From positions 327,439-391,438 of the forward strand of contig NW_004797555.1 in the NCBI RefSeq assembly GCF_000002075.1: a stretch of 64,000 nt of DNA. The letters are read 5' to 3'. The notes under the pieces are model-generated. The model was not told where the DNA came from. It saw only the letters and a list, made by a program, of their open reading frames with translations, and ran no database searches. This document shows positions 38,101-50,412 of the stretch, in pieces. Numbering within the stretch: the first letter of the stretch is position 1; each line of letters begins with the position of its first letter. Made by a program: the position numbers and the translations under genes. The DNA comes from Aplysia californica. Taxonomy: Eukaryota.

Positions 38101-39118
38101 CAGATGTTCTGTTAACATATTTGACAAGTTTATGAACTTTCTTGGTTCCCATGCTGTCATGTGTCCATTCAGTAGTCTTTTCACAGAAAAGGCATTAAAT
38201 GGGCAAGAGGCGTGTTGAAAACGATTGCTTTACCTTTTTCCTAGTGGAGCAAGACCCTTCTTGTGCTGATTTGTCAGACTCTCCTGATGAATGCCTTTTT
38301 CTTAGACTCCTCAAATTGATGAATGTATTGTAGCAGTAATCATGAAACCCATGTTGAGCAGTCAAACTCAGTCGGTATTCTTTCACAAACTGAGGATAGT
38401 CTATCACTGTCAGTTTCTGCAAGGCACCTTTGTGTTTTTGATTTTTGAATGGTGTCCCAGTGTCTCTCAGTGAGGGGTTTTATTTCATCATGGCCTTTGA
38501 AGTTATAGTTATGCACTGCACATGTCCTTTCTTCAATCTGTTCTTTCTATATCTGAGACAAAAGTACTCATGCCGCCTTTTTGACGTTTTTAAAATGACG
38601 CGCGGCAGTTTTGTATTTTTTCAATATAGCAATAGCAGGGGTCATAACTCCTTAACTCATATTTATTTTGCACACAATCCTTCTCATTTTGTGCCTCAAA
38701 CTTTGAGTCAAAGTGTGTACCTATCAGAAAACTATTGTATCAAGTTAAAGAAGATTTGAAGCAATGGAATTAATCATTTCTATAGATTTTGAGAAATTAG
38801 CCTTTGAATTTTCTTTTTTCCTCTTTGCACCTTGTAATTAATTAGAAAAATTTTTTTTTTACAACACTTACATCATCTTACAATATTTGAGTTTTACATC
38901 ATATGAAAGTACACATTTTTGGCTTCACAGAGAACCCCAAAATAAAAATCAAGTATTTTCTTAATTTCTGAACAATCAAGGGCCGTAACTCTGTAGATTG
39001 CCAACATTTTGGTGCAAACTTTTTTTTGGGAAGTCCCTAGGTCCTACCCTTTCAGAAAATCATGGTGGCGAAAAATCCCCAGGGGGAGGGAGGTTCACTC
39101 CCAGTAGCCCATAGCCTA
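35135..39118 (-). mobile_element. Decayed Academ (XPG-type) DNA transposon
   Basis: TAG...CTA termini, long imperfect TIRs (TAGRCTATGGGCTACTGG..., over 150 bp), 3-bp CTA TSD; broken ORFs with AQEAWYHEPC, HFCWDNFDLNEETLSGTGSTHSTHGIV, HEEADT and IRSPDTDVFLL (XPG/FEN1-like nuclease motifs). Confidence 0.85.
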
Positions 39119-39647
39119 CTATAGGAGAAGTTTGGTTTCATTGGTGGGTATATTTAATTTGTTTGGTTATAGACAAAACTCTCCTTGTATTTTGAAGAAA
39201 CTGAACAAGGGGCAAAAACTTTACCTTCGATTTTCTAAAAAAAACAGCATTTTTCGGGATAGCCTTGTTGTGCATAAAAGCGACCAATTATATTATAGAG
39301 GTCTACTTTTCCCAAGCCTAGTCAAACAATGTTTCAAATTGAGGAAAGTACCAAGAGATATTTCATAGCGTTGTATCCCATTGGACAGCTGGCCTTGAAA
39401 ACTTTAAAATACCCTTCATAACCATCTCTTTTGAACCACCGTAATCCCTCCAGATTAGCAATTTGCATCTAAAATAACATCATTTACTTTCTTTCCCTCT
39501 TTTTCTCAACTAGCTTTCAACTCCTTTGATCATTATCCATTCACTCAAAAACATCCACACTTCACACATACAGAATCTAAAGAAACATCATAAACATCAT
39601 TACATAATACATACTCCATACATGCACAGAAAACACTACATGCGATG

Positions 39648-39961
39648 CTATCTCCGTCTTTTCTGAGGGGGTTCTGTCGGTGTGGCAGGACTGCTGTTGG
39701 ATGAGGGCGTGTTGCGGGTCCGTTTGGTCCTTTTTGGCGACGGCCCTGGAGTGTTGGAACCCGAGGAATGATGGGAGGACTTACTGCTCGAACTGTGGCT
39801 GGATTTGTGCTCTCCCCTGCTCGATGATGAGCCGGACTTACTGTCGTGTTTACTGGATGAGGACGAAGACTTGCTGTCAGATTTGGAGTCAGACTTTGAA
39901 GAATGTGATGATGACTTTGAATCTTGTTTTCCAGATTTTGAGGAACTTTTTGTCTGCGAAG
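39648..39961 (-). CDS. MRGBP: MRGBP terminal coding exon, Ser/Lys-rich, ending PPQKRRR*
   Basis: tttcag acceptor, phase fits exon 3; basic NLS-like ending as in MRGBP; total CDS 654 nt. Confidence 0.9.
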
Positions 39962-41210
39962 CTGAAATCAGAAAACATTTCACTAACAAAATTAGGTCTG
40001 GAACATTAACACAAGAAATCATCATCATCAATGCCTCTCACCCCTGGCAGGGTACAGGCCACATACAAGTAACACAAGAAATATCTATGACATATTATCT
40101 CAAAATAAAAATATGCAATGCAAATGTCAAAGAAAAGACTTATAAATTCACATTTCAATGACAATTTTTTAAGGAGACAAACCAGCAATATAAACATTTG
40201 TGTTGAGACTTTTGTAAACTTTTATGTTAGAAGCATCAACTCTAGATCTAGCTGTAGGTGATGTGAAAAATTATCAAGAATATAATGGTCATATATGTTC
40301 AAAAGCACTATTATTCAGCAAACATAATTTTGCATTGCCAGTGAGCACTGGGCACGTGCAAGTGTGAGTCAGTGTGCTGAGACTGCAAAAGATTGTTTTC
40401 CTTCACCTCTTCCTGGCTTGTCAATCAAAGACAAGTACCGCACAAAACCTGTGCAAAGCAGGAAACTATATCTCTTCAAAGCAGATGCAGCATAATTCAC
40501 TCTCTCTTGAAAAGTCTGCTGGTCAATTTCATTTTCACTTTAATTCAAATTCAAAAGAATGAAAGCACCTCCAGTTTACCGATATAGAGTACTAAAACTT
40601 TGGCTCCTTTTCTATGAAAATAGTGCAGGAAGAGTTCAAATATACCCTTCCTGACTCAACATCTAGAAAATACTCAAAGGTGTGTACCTTATAGGCTGAT
40701 TCGCTACAAATCAAAAACTAATTTGATTCTGTCCATAACAAAACCTTAAAAACAAATGTTCTCATCTGAACTAGCCCTCCCTTTATCCAAAGAGTTTTTC
40801 TGGGGCCTGAACCACAGAAAGCTAAACTTGTGAAAGGAAGAATTTAATTCCTTCCCTTAAAATTCCTGCTCACACTAATTTTTAGCTGCATAAATACTTT
40901 ACTTTCTATTTCCACGTGAGCTGCAATCCAGTTCCACCTTCCCTAACAGACAACCACCTATAAGCTACATATGACCACTACATCCCTTGCCTTTTTTTCT
41001 GTAATGACATAGTATAGATTGTAAAGTGCATAAAGCTTGCTGTTGAGGAGGGATTTGTGCTACGCAAATGCTATCTATCTATTATTATTATTATATATGA
41101 TGTCCATCTGTTTAAAACAACCACTATTGTCCTCAACAATGGTGGCAATCTTGAAAAATTTTGACTAATCGACATGCAATGCAGACAAGTTTAACAGCTG
41201 AATGACTCAC

Positions 41211-41349
41211 TTTCAGTTTTAGCTGTTTCTGCAGGAGTATTTATGTACGAGGTCCTGGGAAAACTCTTCTCACACAGGTCCACCAGGTCACTTTCACGGA
41301 GTCCAAATTCACCATTCTTATTTGGAAACGGCACAATTTCAGACTCGTT
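41211..41349 (-). CDS. MRGBP: MRGBP exon 3 (NESEIVPFPNKNGEFGLRESDLVDLCEKSFPRTSYINTPAETAKTE)
   Basis: ttcag acceptor, gtgagt donor; matches MRGBP HESEILPFPN. Confidence 0.93.
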
Positions 41350-42147
41350 CTGAAAAGAGAAAAAAAAACCCATTTCAGTATCTCAATACATAAAAAAGAA
41401 TGGGTTTTTTTTTTCCAATCTCTGTCCACTAGGCTTTCATAGTGTAGACAAGAAAAGAAAACATCTTTATTCATAAAAATTCAGATATCAGCCACAAAGC
41501 AACAAATAAAAACTTGACAATATATATACTATTAACTATAAACTGACCATTCGAGTACTGAGAGGACTCCACTTTCTAAAATTCTGCTATGAAATAACGA
41601 AGGGATACAAACAGACACATATCCAGCAAGTAAAATTCCCCAAAGCTGACAAATATTTGAAAAATAGGTATATATCTCTTGTGCTGTTGGCAATCTGAAT
41701 TCATACCTCACTCACTTCTTACTTCAAAATTCTGCCTCTACATGGTCAACTAAAATTAAATAATTGGGATGACCATCTCAGGTCGTAACGTTAACTCTGG
41801 TCTTTGGTGGGCACCCAAACATAGTCTGCACCAACTGACACTACTTTCATCAGTGTTGCTAGGGCCACACCCTGATAAAATTAAAACATTCCTTGTTATG
41901 CTAACATGCAAACAAACTGAACTAAAAATACGGGAGTTATAATTACATAACTAACTCAGCAAAAGCTGAATGTGGAACACATGCAGTATCAAAGATTGAG
42001 GAAGTTGAGACTCAAGAATTGGAAGCATGAAAAAATTGGTGTGATCCCCAATACAAGAATCTGGCATTTTGATGAGAATCTTAAATGATGGTCTTTTTCC
42101 CATCCCCATTAAGTCTGGTAAATTCAAACATACTATCTTCGACTTAC

Positions 42148-42266
42148 CAAAGCTTGCAAGTCGTACAGTGTTGAGAGATGTGTCCACACATCCTTTGACG
42201 AGAGCTTTTTGTGGCTTGAAATGAGACGATCATGAACTGAAATCATCTGAAAGTGTCGGTTTACAC
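42148..42266 (-). CDS. MRGBP: MRGBP exon 2 (GVNRHFQMISVHDRLISSHKKLSSKDVWTHLSTLYDLQAL)
   Basis: ttgtag acceptor, gtaagt donor; matches MRGBP GVNRHFHM...WDHLSTMYDMQAL; frame differs from the ORF-track call. Confidence 0.95.
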
Positions 42267-42792
42267 CTACAAACAGAAGAAGAAAAGAATATATATTAGC
42301 ATTGAGGATACAGTAAAATTTGAAGACAGTGATGTCAAAGGACTTTTATTAAAAACTTTGTGGTTGACCATCAAGTGGACTGACACCAAAGAAATTTTCT
42401 TTCCCCCTCACTTCCTGTGTGCAGCAGGTGGTGAAGTGAGAGAGTGCCTTTCTTTTGCAGGACAGGATCTTAGTCTACAAAACACGTATTGTGTGACGAG
42501 TATTGACAAAACGGTGGACTACTCAGCTATGGTGTGTGTGTGTGGGGGGGGGGGGCAGAAAGAGAGAGAGTAAGCCGAGAGGTATGATGAAATGACGAAA
42601 TGACCAAAATTCTTCCCGTTGCTAAGCAAATCTGCTGGAATTATTTGTGTTAAGATAAGTTGCACAGAATAAACTGGGGATTTTAAATCCTTTCGTATTA
42701 ACAGGAAATTCAAGCTACAATTGTTCATGCCACACTAAACAGAATCTAACTTTTAAATTTAAGTTGTTAAGTCGTTAGTTGTTATAAGTAAT

Positions 42793-43272
42793 ACCTGTGT
42801 CTAAGAAAAAGAGGACTCATTTAAACACCAATATATATCTCAGTCATGTTTGGATAAATTTCAACAAAACTTTGTCCAAATAAGTCTTTAAAATGCTACC
42901 CAAAATAGAGTAAAACACAAAATAACTTCTAAAAAATCAACCTCCACCTTCTTTAAGTTTATTTGGCCATGTCGATTCAAAATAAATTAGTTCTTTAATT
43001 TTAATGCACAAATGCAATGAATACACACATTTTCATTTGGTTGATTTTTAAGAAATTGGCATTTTTAAACACAAATATTTAGCTGAGATTTTTTTAAGTT
43101 GAAATTTCTTGAACAGCCTGTCCAACAGCACTCTGTCAATTTTCTTCATTTGATAAATTTGACATCCTCTAAATAAACTTTATTTGATCAATGTTTTGTT
43201 GAAATTGGTGCAATGATGACCGAATCATTACCCTTTAGATGGGTCCTCTTTTTTCCTTTTAGACATACAACT
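42793..43272. mobile_element. Tc1-type MITE
   Basis: tgtctaagaaaaagaggactcatttaaa mirrored by tttagatgggtcctctttttccttttagaca. Confidence 0.55.
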
Positions 43273-44362
43273 ATAGCTTGTTCACTTTTGTCTCACTGCC
43301 CTTAAAATAAGGTTAAATGAAATTGAACTCTGTTTTATTATCTTCTCTGACCTTTCCATGGGTCTAAAAATTGGATGACCTAGAGAATTTAAAAGCCCAT
43401 TCATAAAGGTCATTGCAAGCTAGATTCTAGGTTCTGAGACGTTTTCTATTAACCTGAAGAGGGTAAAAAATAATAGGGGATTTACAGCATACACTTTTTG
43501 TTTTGTCGCAGGCCTGCAGAAGTACCATGCAAAGTTTCAAGGGCAATGATAAAGTTAATAAATTAACTAGAATTGTTTTTACGGAGACAGACGAAGTCAA
43601 AATTGAACAAGCTATGGTGTGTGAGGCCTTAATAAACTATATATGGGCCTAACTAGGAAATTTAATACCCTACAACAACTAAACATTATACTTTCACTAC
43701 CATCTCATTATCTCCTGCTCAGATATTGTATACATAGCCGTTATAGATTTTTAATAGCCCTTTTCTTGTTTCTTTTTATTCACTTTACTACATGAATATC
43801 GACTTTCGGCGTACTTCAAATTAACGATTTTTAAAAAATTAAAATATAGGCTCTATTTGAAATTTGATGCTCGTTTTTATTCGACAAACTACTAGATCTA
43901 TATCACACTGTCTGAGCCTAATTGCATAGCGGTCCATATATGTACGGGGACAGAATCAAAGAGAATTAAAGCAAAAATTTAACACCACTACTAACTACTA
44001 ACACTACTTTAACTTTTATTTAGTCTATACTATACTACTCTACTAGACCTACTTAACTAAGGGGGAGCACAAAGAGAATGCTTGCTCACGATAAAAGCGA
44101 CCACGATGGAAGCGCTTGAAAAGTTGTTTAAGATTTGCTTCTTGTTGCCCACAAAAAGCATGCTTGCTTTATCGTGCCAGAGATATCAGGCGACACTTGG
44201 AAAGTGTAAAGAATCTAAAGTTCATTCTTTCTCGTAAGTAAGCGTGTACTTGGTGCCGCCCCNNNNNNNNNNNNNNNNNNNNNNNNNNNNNNNNNNNNNN
44301 NNNNNNNNNNNNNNNNNNNNNNNNNNNNNNNNNNNNNNNNNNNNNNNNNNNNNNNNNNNNNN

Positions 44363-45161
44363 AATTGACCTACATTGCATATCACACATGCGGGTAACAC
44401 CGACTTGAAATACTAATACCGTACTTGGTGTGATAACCGTATCTAGGACACTACATCCCTCCTAGCCTTGGATGGTTACTTCGTTTTTCTCAACAGGGTG
44501 TCTGCTGAGGAAGTCAGCTGGATTATTCTCTCCTGGCTGGTAGCGTAGGGTGAAGTCGTAAGGTTGGAGTCTGAGATTCCATCGTTCAATTCTTGCTGAG
44601 GTTCTGGATGTTGTGCTGTTGAAGATTCCTTCAAGGGGTTTGTGGTCAGAGATTACTGTGAAGTGTTGACCAAGTAAGTACAGGTTGAAATGTTCACACG
44701 CCCAGACGACGGCAAGAGCTTCTCGCTCGGTTTGAGAGTATCGTGACTCGACATCAGTCAAAGCACGACTTGCGTATGCCACTATGTGAACGTTGTTGTT
44801 GTCACGCTGTGAGAGAATGCAGCCAAGTCCAAATGGACTTGCATCAACGGTGATCTCAGTGAGGAGATTGGGGTCAAAGTAGGTCATGACTTTGTCACAG
44901 GTGATCATGTCCTTGAGTGTGTTGAACGATTGCTGATGTTCCTCGGACCACGACCAGGGTGTATTTTTGCGTGTTAGGTCTCTGAGTGGTTTTGTGAGGT
45001 CAGCATAGTCCTTGATGAACCGAGAGACGTAGTTAGTCATGCCTAGGAAGCTGCGAACTTCCTTTTGATTCGTTGGTGCCGGCATTTCGTGGACTGCTTT
45101 GATTTTCTTGGGATCTGGAGAGACGCCGTCTCCTCCAAAGATAAATCCATAAAATTCAATG

Positions 45162-45209
<48 letters not shown>

Positions 45210-47264
45210 TGAACTCGCATTTTTGTTTGTTCAGTGTGAGGTTTTTCTCCTTCAGGCGCTCAAAGACTTTCTTCAAAGAGTTGTCGTGTTCTTGTTGCGT
45301 TTTACCGTAGACCAGGATGTCGTCACTGGTGTTGAGGCAGTTGTTGATGTCGGAGAAAACTTCTGAAATGTGGTTCTGAAATATTTCTGCAGCGCTTGTG
45401 ACACCGAAATTCAGTCGCTTGTATCGACGAAGGCCAATATGCGTTGAAAGTGTAGTTATGTTTATTGATTCTTGATCAAGCTCCAGTTGATGATAGCCTT
45501 GGTTGAGGTCAAGCTTGATGAACCATTTGGCTTGATTTAAACGCATCAGAATATCATCTAGTGTGGGCATGATATGGCGTGTTCTCTTGATTGCCTTGTT
45601 GGGAGCACGCATGTCCACACAGAGTCGAATTTCACCAGGTTTTTTGGGTTTGGGCACCACGACAATGGGAGAAATCCAAGGTGTCGGACCATCTACTTTC
45701 TCGATAATGTCGAGCTGCTCTAGGCGTTGGATCTCTTCCTCCACTCTCTTTCTGAGGTGAAAGGGTATTCGGCGATGTGGTTGGGCGACAGGTTGGACTG
45801 ACGGGTCCTGATGCAGTGTGACCTTGATGCCCTTTAATTTGCCGAGACCTTTAAATAGCTCAGGGGATTCACTGCAGAGACTGTTTGTTAAAGAATGAGT
45901 AGGTGTGGTTGTCGCACTGAATGCGAAATTTACAAGTTCCATATCTTCTGCTGTTTTTGCACTTAAAAGATTGCCACATTTCGCTGATTTTTGTGAACGA
46001 ACCACATGGAAGGTTGCTTGCACGGGGTGTTTCTTGTATTTTAAGGTGGACTCGAATTGTCCAATGACTTGCAGTGGTTTGTTACTGCCGTATGCAAAGA
46101 GACGTGTAGATGAGGGGGTCAGCTTGTGTGTATGGCTAAGGCTCTTGTAGGATTGCTCATTTAAAATGTTTACAGATGCTCCAGTGTCAATTAGAAAAGG
46201 GATGCTCTCTCCTGAGAGATATAAGTTCACTTGGGGAGTCTTCTGGTTGGTTTTGACACCGAAAACGTAGTCTTCCTCTGAGGTGTCACTGCTTTCATTT
46301 AGGTGTGCGTTTGTTGATAACGACGATGTGAGGGCTGAGATGGGGGGTACAGGCGATGTGTGGCGGATGGGAATCTTGAAGCTTTCCCTTTTTCTGCGTG
46401 CTGCTTGCTGATATTATAGACAGTGGCAGGCTTTCTATCCGCTTCAATTTCCTGTGCTTGTTCATCTGATATCTCGAGAGCCCTTGCTGCTTTGAGCAGG
46501 TTTTGTAAATCGAGGTCATCTCGCAGAGCACGTCTGCGCAGGCGTTGCGAACTTGCGATGTAAAATTTGAGATTTTAATTCTCTGTCTGAGTCTTGAAAA
46601 TCGCATGTGGCGGCTAGCTTTCTTTGTCTGGTGCAGAAAGAATCTATGTTCTCGCCAGCTTCTTGTCTCGCCTGTCGGAACTTGAAAGTTTCATAATCAA
46701 TATTTTTCTGAGGGGCAAAATGCGTTGTGAGGGACTGGCAGAGTATGTTGTATCCTGCTTCAGTGTCAGATCCTTTTTGTGCAACTGAGAATGTTTCGTA
46801 TATATCGAAAACGTCTTCACCAGCGTAATGCAGTAGTAAAGCTTTCTTTCTCGCGGCGTCGCTTACGCCAATTGCTGTCAGCAATAACTTGAACCGGGAG
46901 AGCCATTTCTGCCACCTCGTGCCTGTGGTACCTTCCCCACCGTGTACGACGAAACGATCGAAGGAAGGCAGGCTAATTGCCGCTGAGGTCATTTTGATAA
47001 TTGTCAATTATTGTCAATTATTGTCACTTACCTCCAAACAATTTTGCACTATTGTAAGGTGTAAGTTATGTTTGTTTTATCCTCGTCGCCATTTGTTATG
47101 TTGAAGGGGCTAGCACAATAAGAAAAACACATGCGAGATCCATGAACGGGTGTTCTGAGACTTCTTTGTTTAATTGACCTACATTGCATATCACACATGC
47201 GGGTAACACCGACTTGAAATACTAATACCGTACTTGGTGTGATAACCGTATCTAGGACACTACA
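44363..47264 (-). mobile_element. Ty3/gypsy (Mag-like) LTR retrotransposon, defective, lacking integrase
   Basis: 171-bp 5' LTR 47264-47094 (TG...CA); PBS TGGCGACGAGGAT complementary to the tRNA-Ser(GCU) 3' end; gag; protease LIDTGAS; RT (LCVDMR, KLDLNQGYHQ, SDDILV); RNase H (VDASPFGLG, YSQTEREALA, NPADFLSR); PPT AGGAGGGA; 3' LTR 44455-44363 runs into an N gap. Confidence 0.95.
44462..47007 (-). pseudogene. Frameshifted gag-pol (gag, PR, RT, RH) of the gypsy element
   Basis: ORF pieces 46516-47007, 45043-46230 and 44462-45085; frameshifts in gag and at the poly-A run in RT. Confidence 0.9.
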
Positions 47265-47585
47265 GCGTCGGTAATTAAAGAGGATAATGAATGGGAATGG
47301 ATGAGTGTCGGCCTGCTATCGAAAACATTAACGATACGTGAACTAATGTTAATCTACAAAATGTACAGAGACACTCTCTCCACAACTATCTGATTGTAAT
47401 CCCGGCGGCATTACTTGTGGATCCACGGAGGGCGACCTTTGATGGGAAAAAATTACGGGTTTTAAACATTTTTAATGTGGGTCGTTTGGAGTGGTTTTTC
47501 TTAATGATTAAGGACTTTCCACACGCCTACAAACACACGTACACACGCGCACGCTCGCGTGCGCACATGCACACACAGACAGACA

Positions 47586-47629
<44 letters not shown>
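47586..47629. repeat. (CA)n microsatellite abutting an assembly gap
   Basis: direct reading. Confidence 0.9.
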
Positions 47630-47730
47630 NNNNNNNNNNNNNNNNNNNNNNNNNNNNNNNNNNNNNNNNNNNNNNNNNNNNNNNNNNNNNNNNNNNNNNN
47701 NNNNNNNNNNNNNNNNNNNNNNNNNNNNNA

Positions 47731-47948
47731 GCAGCTGCATAACAAGAAAAGTGTTAGATTGGAACCCACAGGATAAAAGATCAAGTGGAAGACCTCGTGG
47801 AACCTGGAAAAGAGTCACGGAAATGAATGTACAGAAAAGTGGGAAGACGTGGAGTGAAATCAAGCGACTAGCCCAGGATAGGGAATGGTGGAGAGTGTTT
47901 GTTCGTGGCCTATATCCTAACCCAGAGTGAGAAAGGCAATGATGATTA
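47731..47948 (+). mobile_element. RTE-clade LINE 3' fragment
   Basis: ITRKVLDWNPQDKRSSGRPRGTWKR...AQDREWWR with (GAT)n tail. Confidence 0.85.
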
Positions 47949-48561
47949 TGCTAATTAAAAAAAAATGCTCCCTTACCATTAGACTATAATTGTCCAAAAA
48001 AAACACCCAAAACAAATCCAGTTTGGCGTTTTTTCTACATGTTATTTATTTGAAGGATTGAAACGACAAACTGGCAGACCAAAACACCTCACGCTTTAAA
48101 TTTGGTTTCAGGCAGGCCCGTCCTACTTTGTCTCCGTATAAAAATGTAGTGTTGTATTTTTGACGATCAGTGACTTAAGATACAGCATTCTAAATATTTA
48201 GTTTAGTGTCATAATTCAATGATATTGTCAAGTCAAGACATAACAATATTTACTAATGATATGCATATTCGAAAATAACATTGCTTTCCTCAAGCAGTAT
48301 ACCAATTTGGCGTGCAATAATTTATGGACTTTACGGAAAAATGAAAATTCTCATTAGCTTTAAGTATAGAAATAAGCAAATCTAAAAGCCTGATTTGTTA
48401 GTTTTATGCCTTTAAATGAAATGAAATTTGTGGCACAGTTCTGTAGGCTCTACTTATAGTTAATTATATATTGCTTCACTAACTTGACCTGAATTTTTAT
48501 GCCCAAGCGACAAGAAATCTGGAAACATCCGATCATCCGGCGCAACTCCAAAAACCTTGCG

Positions 48562-48574
48562 TTCTTCCTTTCTT
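48562..48574 (+). promoter_or_regulatory. Candidate TCT/5'TOP-type initiator of the KH gene
   Basis: ttcttcctttctt pyrimidine run about 75 nt upstream of the ATG, in CpG-containing sequence. Confidence 0.4.
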
Positions 48575-48645
48575 AGTGCGCCGTACTTTGTTCGCTGGTC
48601 TGGTCTTCGTTTGGTTCTCGCCGGACTTCATCTAACACAAACACA

Positions 48646-48736
48646 ATGTCTTTTGGTGGTGGATTTGGAGGTAGAGGTGGAGGTGGCAGCAGCGACATCA
48701 TGATGGTTGAATCTGCAAATGTGGGCAAAATCATCG
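48646..48736 (+). CDS. Two-KH/RGG RNA-binding protein, exon 1 (MSFGGGFGGRGGGGSSDIMMVESANVGKII/G)
   Basis: ATG in acaATG context, gtgagt donor, start of a type-I KH domain. Confidence 0.9.
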
Positions 48737-49744
48737 GTGAGTAAAATTTGCTCTTGAAATTACCAATTGATTCAATTCATAGAATCAAAAGTAAAATGGC
48801 TGCGGCCACGAGGGAAACGGTTGACAATTTTTTTTCACCGACTACCTGAATTGTTGAACCTGTAACTTGTTGAGGCTCAGAACGATACTTTACTTCTTAC
48901 CAAATGCTAAATATTTAATGTTGTGTCCAACTTGCACGGAAATGTTGACTTCTGTATGCTGAATACTCTCTTGTTCAAAAGCTTGTGTTTTAACTTAGCG
49001 AGTAGCCTATGGCATGGCATGGTGTGAATGAGATCAGAATGGCGCGATTGCGAGTCAGACATCTAATGGAATCTAGATTACTAATGCACATGGCTAGCAT
49101 TGCTTGATCTAGATTTGGATTAGTCCTATAAGATTAATCTAGATCTAGTCTAGTATGTTATTGCTTAGATTAGATTTTGGGGAGGACTTCCATAACTTAC
49201 GAGCGACCACTTTGAGTTAAAAGAGTAGAATAGAAGGCTAGGGGTAGGATTATTAGCCTCTTTCGGATTGGGGTTAGGGGTAGGGGCAGGTCTCTTTATT
49301 GTGTTTGTTGGGGCGGTCGCTCGTTACAGAAGTCTAGAATCATCTAGATCTAGATTCTAGATCTAGATTCTTCTAGAATCTAGATTGTCATATCATGTGA
49401 CAATGGTTAAGTCAAACTTTGGATTTGGAGGTTGGAAAATTATCCATTAAAATGTTCTGTATGAAATGTTACAGAAGCCGAAGCCGAAGCATTTCAATCA
49501 TGTATGAGGGGAGGAGTTCCGCAGAGGGCCAGCACTTAACATGACAAGGTCCACTGAGCAAATTATACAAGAGTTAGGGTTAGCCTAGGTGTTGTTGGCC
49601 GGCCGGCACTGTGCGGAACTCCTTCCTGAATGAGGAATGTTGGTTGATACAGAGCTAGTAGGCCTACATGTAATCTGCTTTAACATTGAATACTTTATTT
49701 TTATACTTTTCTTTTCAATTATTTAATGGCTGAACTACGCGGGT

Positions 49745-49775
49745 CGCCATTTTGTTTTGCCCGGAAATTCTCGCG
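49745..49775. promoter_or_regulatory. YY1-like (CGCCATTTT) and ETS-like (CCGGAAAT) motif cluster in the overlap of the two first introns
   Basis: consensus motif matches only; a second AAAATGGC lies near 48793. Confidence 0.3.
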
Positions 49776-50009
49776 CTACTCCTCTCTCTCTTTCTCTCTC
49801 TCTCCACTGCCCACAGACAAAATTGTACGCTTTTAGTAGGCTACAGTTGTAATGGAACGTTTGTTCACGGCACAGAATTCTATAATTTTTCTGTTATCAC
49901 AGGGTAGAATTCTGTGGTTTAGGGTGAACGCAAAATTTGGTGAACGCGCACCGGGTGAGAATAGCCACAAGACTCGCCTGCACTCCGGGTGAGAATAGAG
50001 GTGGCTTTT

Positions 50010-50353
50010 TAGATTAGACTAGATGTAGATCTAGACTCTATATCTAGATGTAGATCTAAATCTAGATCTAGATTTAGATCTAGAATCTAGATATCTAGAT
50101 CTAGATTTAGATCTAGATCTAGATCTACATCTCAACGACAAGCAAGCGCTTTCTTCACAAGCACTCGATGTATCGCTTTTGATGTATCGCGAGCAAGCGT
50201 TCTTTCTGTGCGTGTAGGGAGGCACTTCACTACACTACACCAACCACTAAAACAGACAAGATCTATTCTCTAATCTAGATTCTACACTAGACTACACTAG
50301 ATCTAGATCTAGATCTAGATTTAGATTCTAGATCTAGATCTAGAGATAGATCT
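50010..50353. repeat. (TAGATC)n self-complementary simple repeat tracts
   Basis: two dense tracts (50010-50130, 50260-50353); more at 49070-49390, 51384, 53610-53720 and 54020-54250. Confidence 0.9.
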
Positions 50354-50412
50354 ACAACTCCTACTTTACTTTATTTTAAATAGGCCTAATACTCGATCTA
50401 TAACAATAATAC

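Larger units (their letters stand above)
34860..39285. mobile_element. Sola1-like MITE split by two nested insertions
   Basis: pieces 34860-34931, 35112-35134 and 39119-39285 rejoin to match the intact copies at 27224 and 31601; AATT on both flanks. Confidence 0.8.

Noticed and set aside
39805-40161. Acidic plus-strand ORF
   Set aside because: Antisense shadow of the Ser/Lys-rich MRGBP exon
41951-42187. 78-aa minus-strand ORF as a gene
   Set aside because: Wrong frame; the real MRGBP exon is 42148-42266 in another frame with canonical splice sites
45310-45340. RT catalytic motif SDD instead of YxDD as an inactivating or novel change
   Set aside because: N(I/T)SDDI variants occur in Mag-like gypsy elements of marine invertebrates; not distinctive
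50031-50225. RS-domain-like ORF (RSRSRSKSRSR)
   Set aside because: Translation of the (TAGATC)n simple repeat
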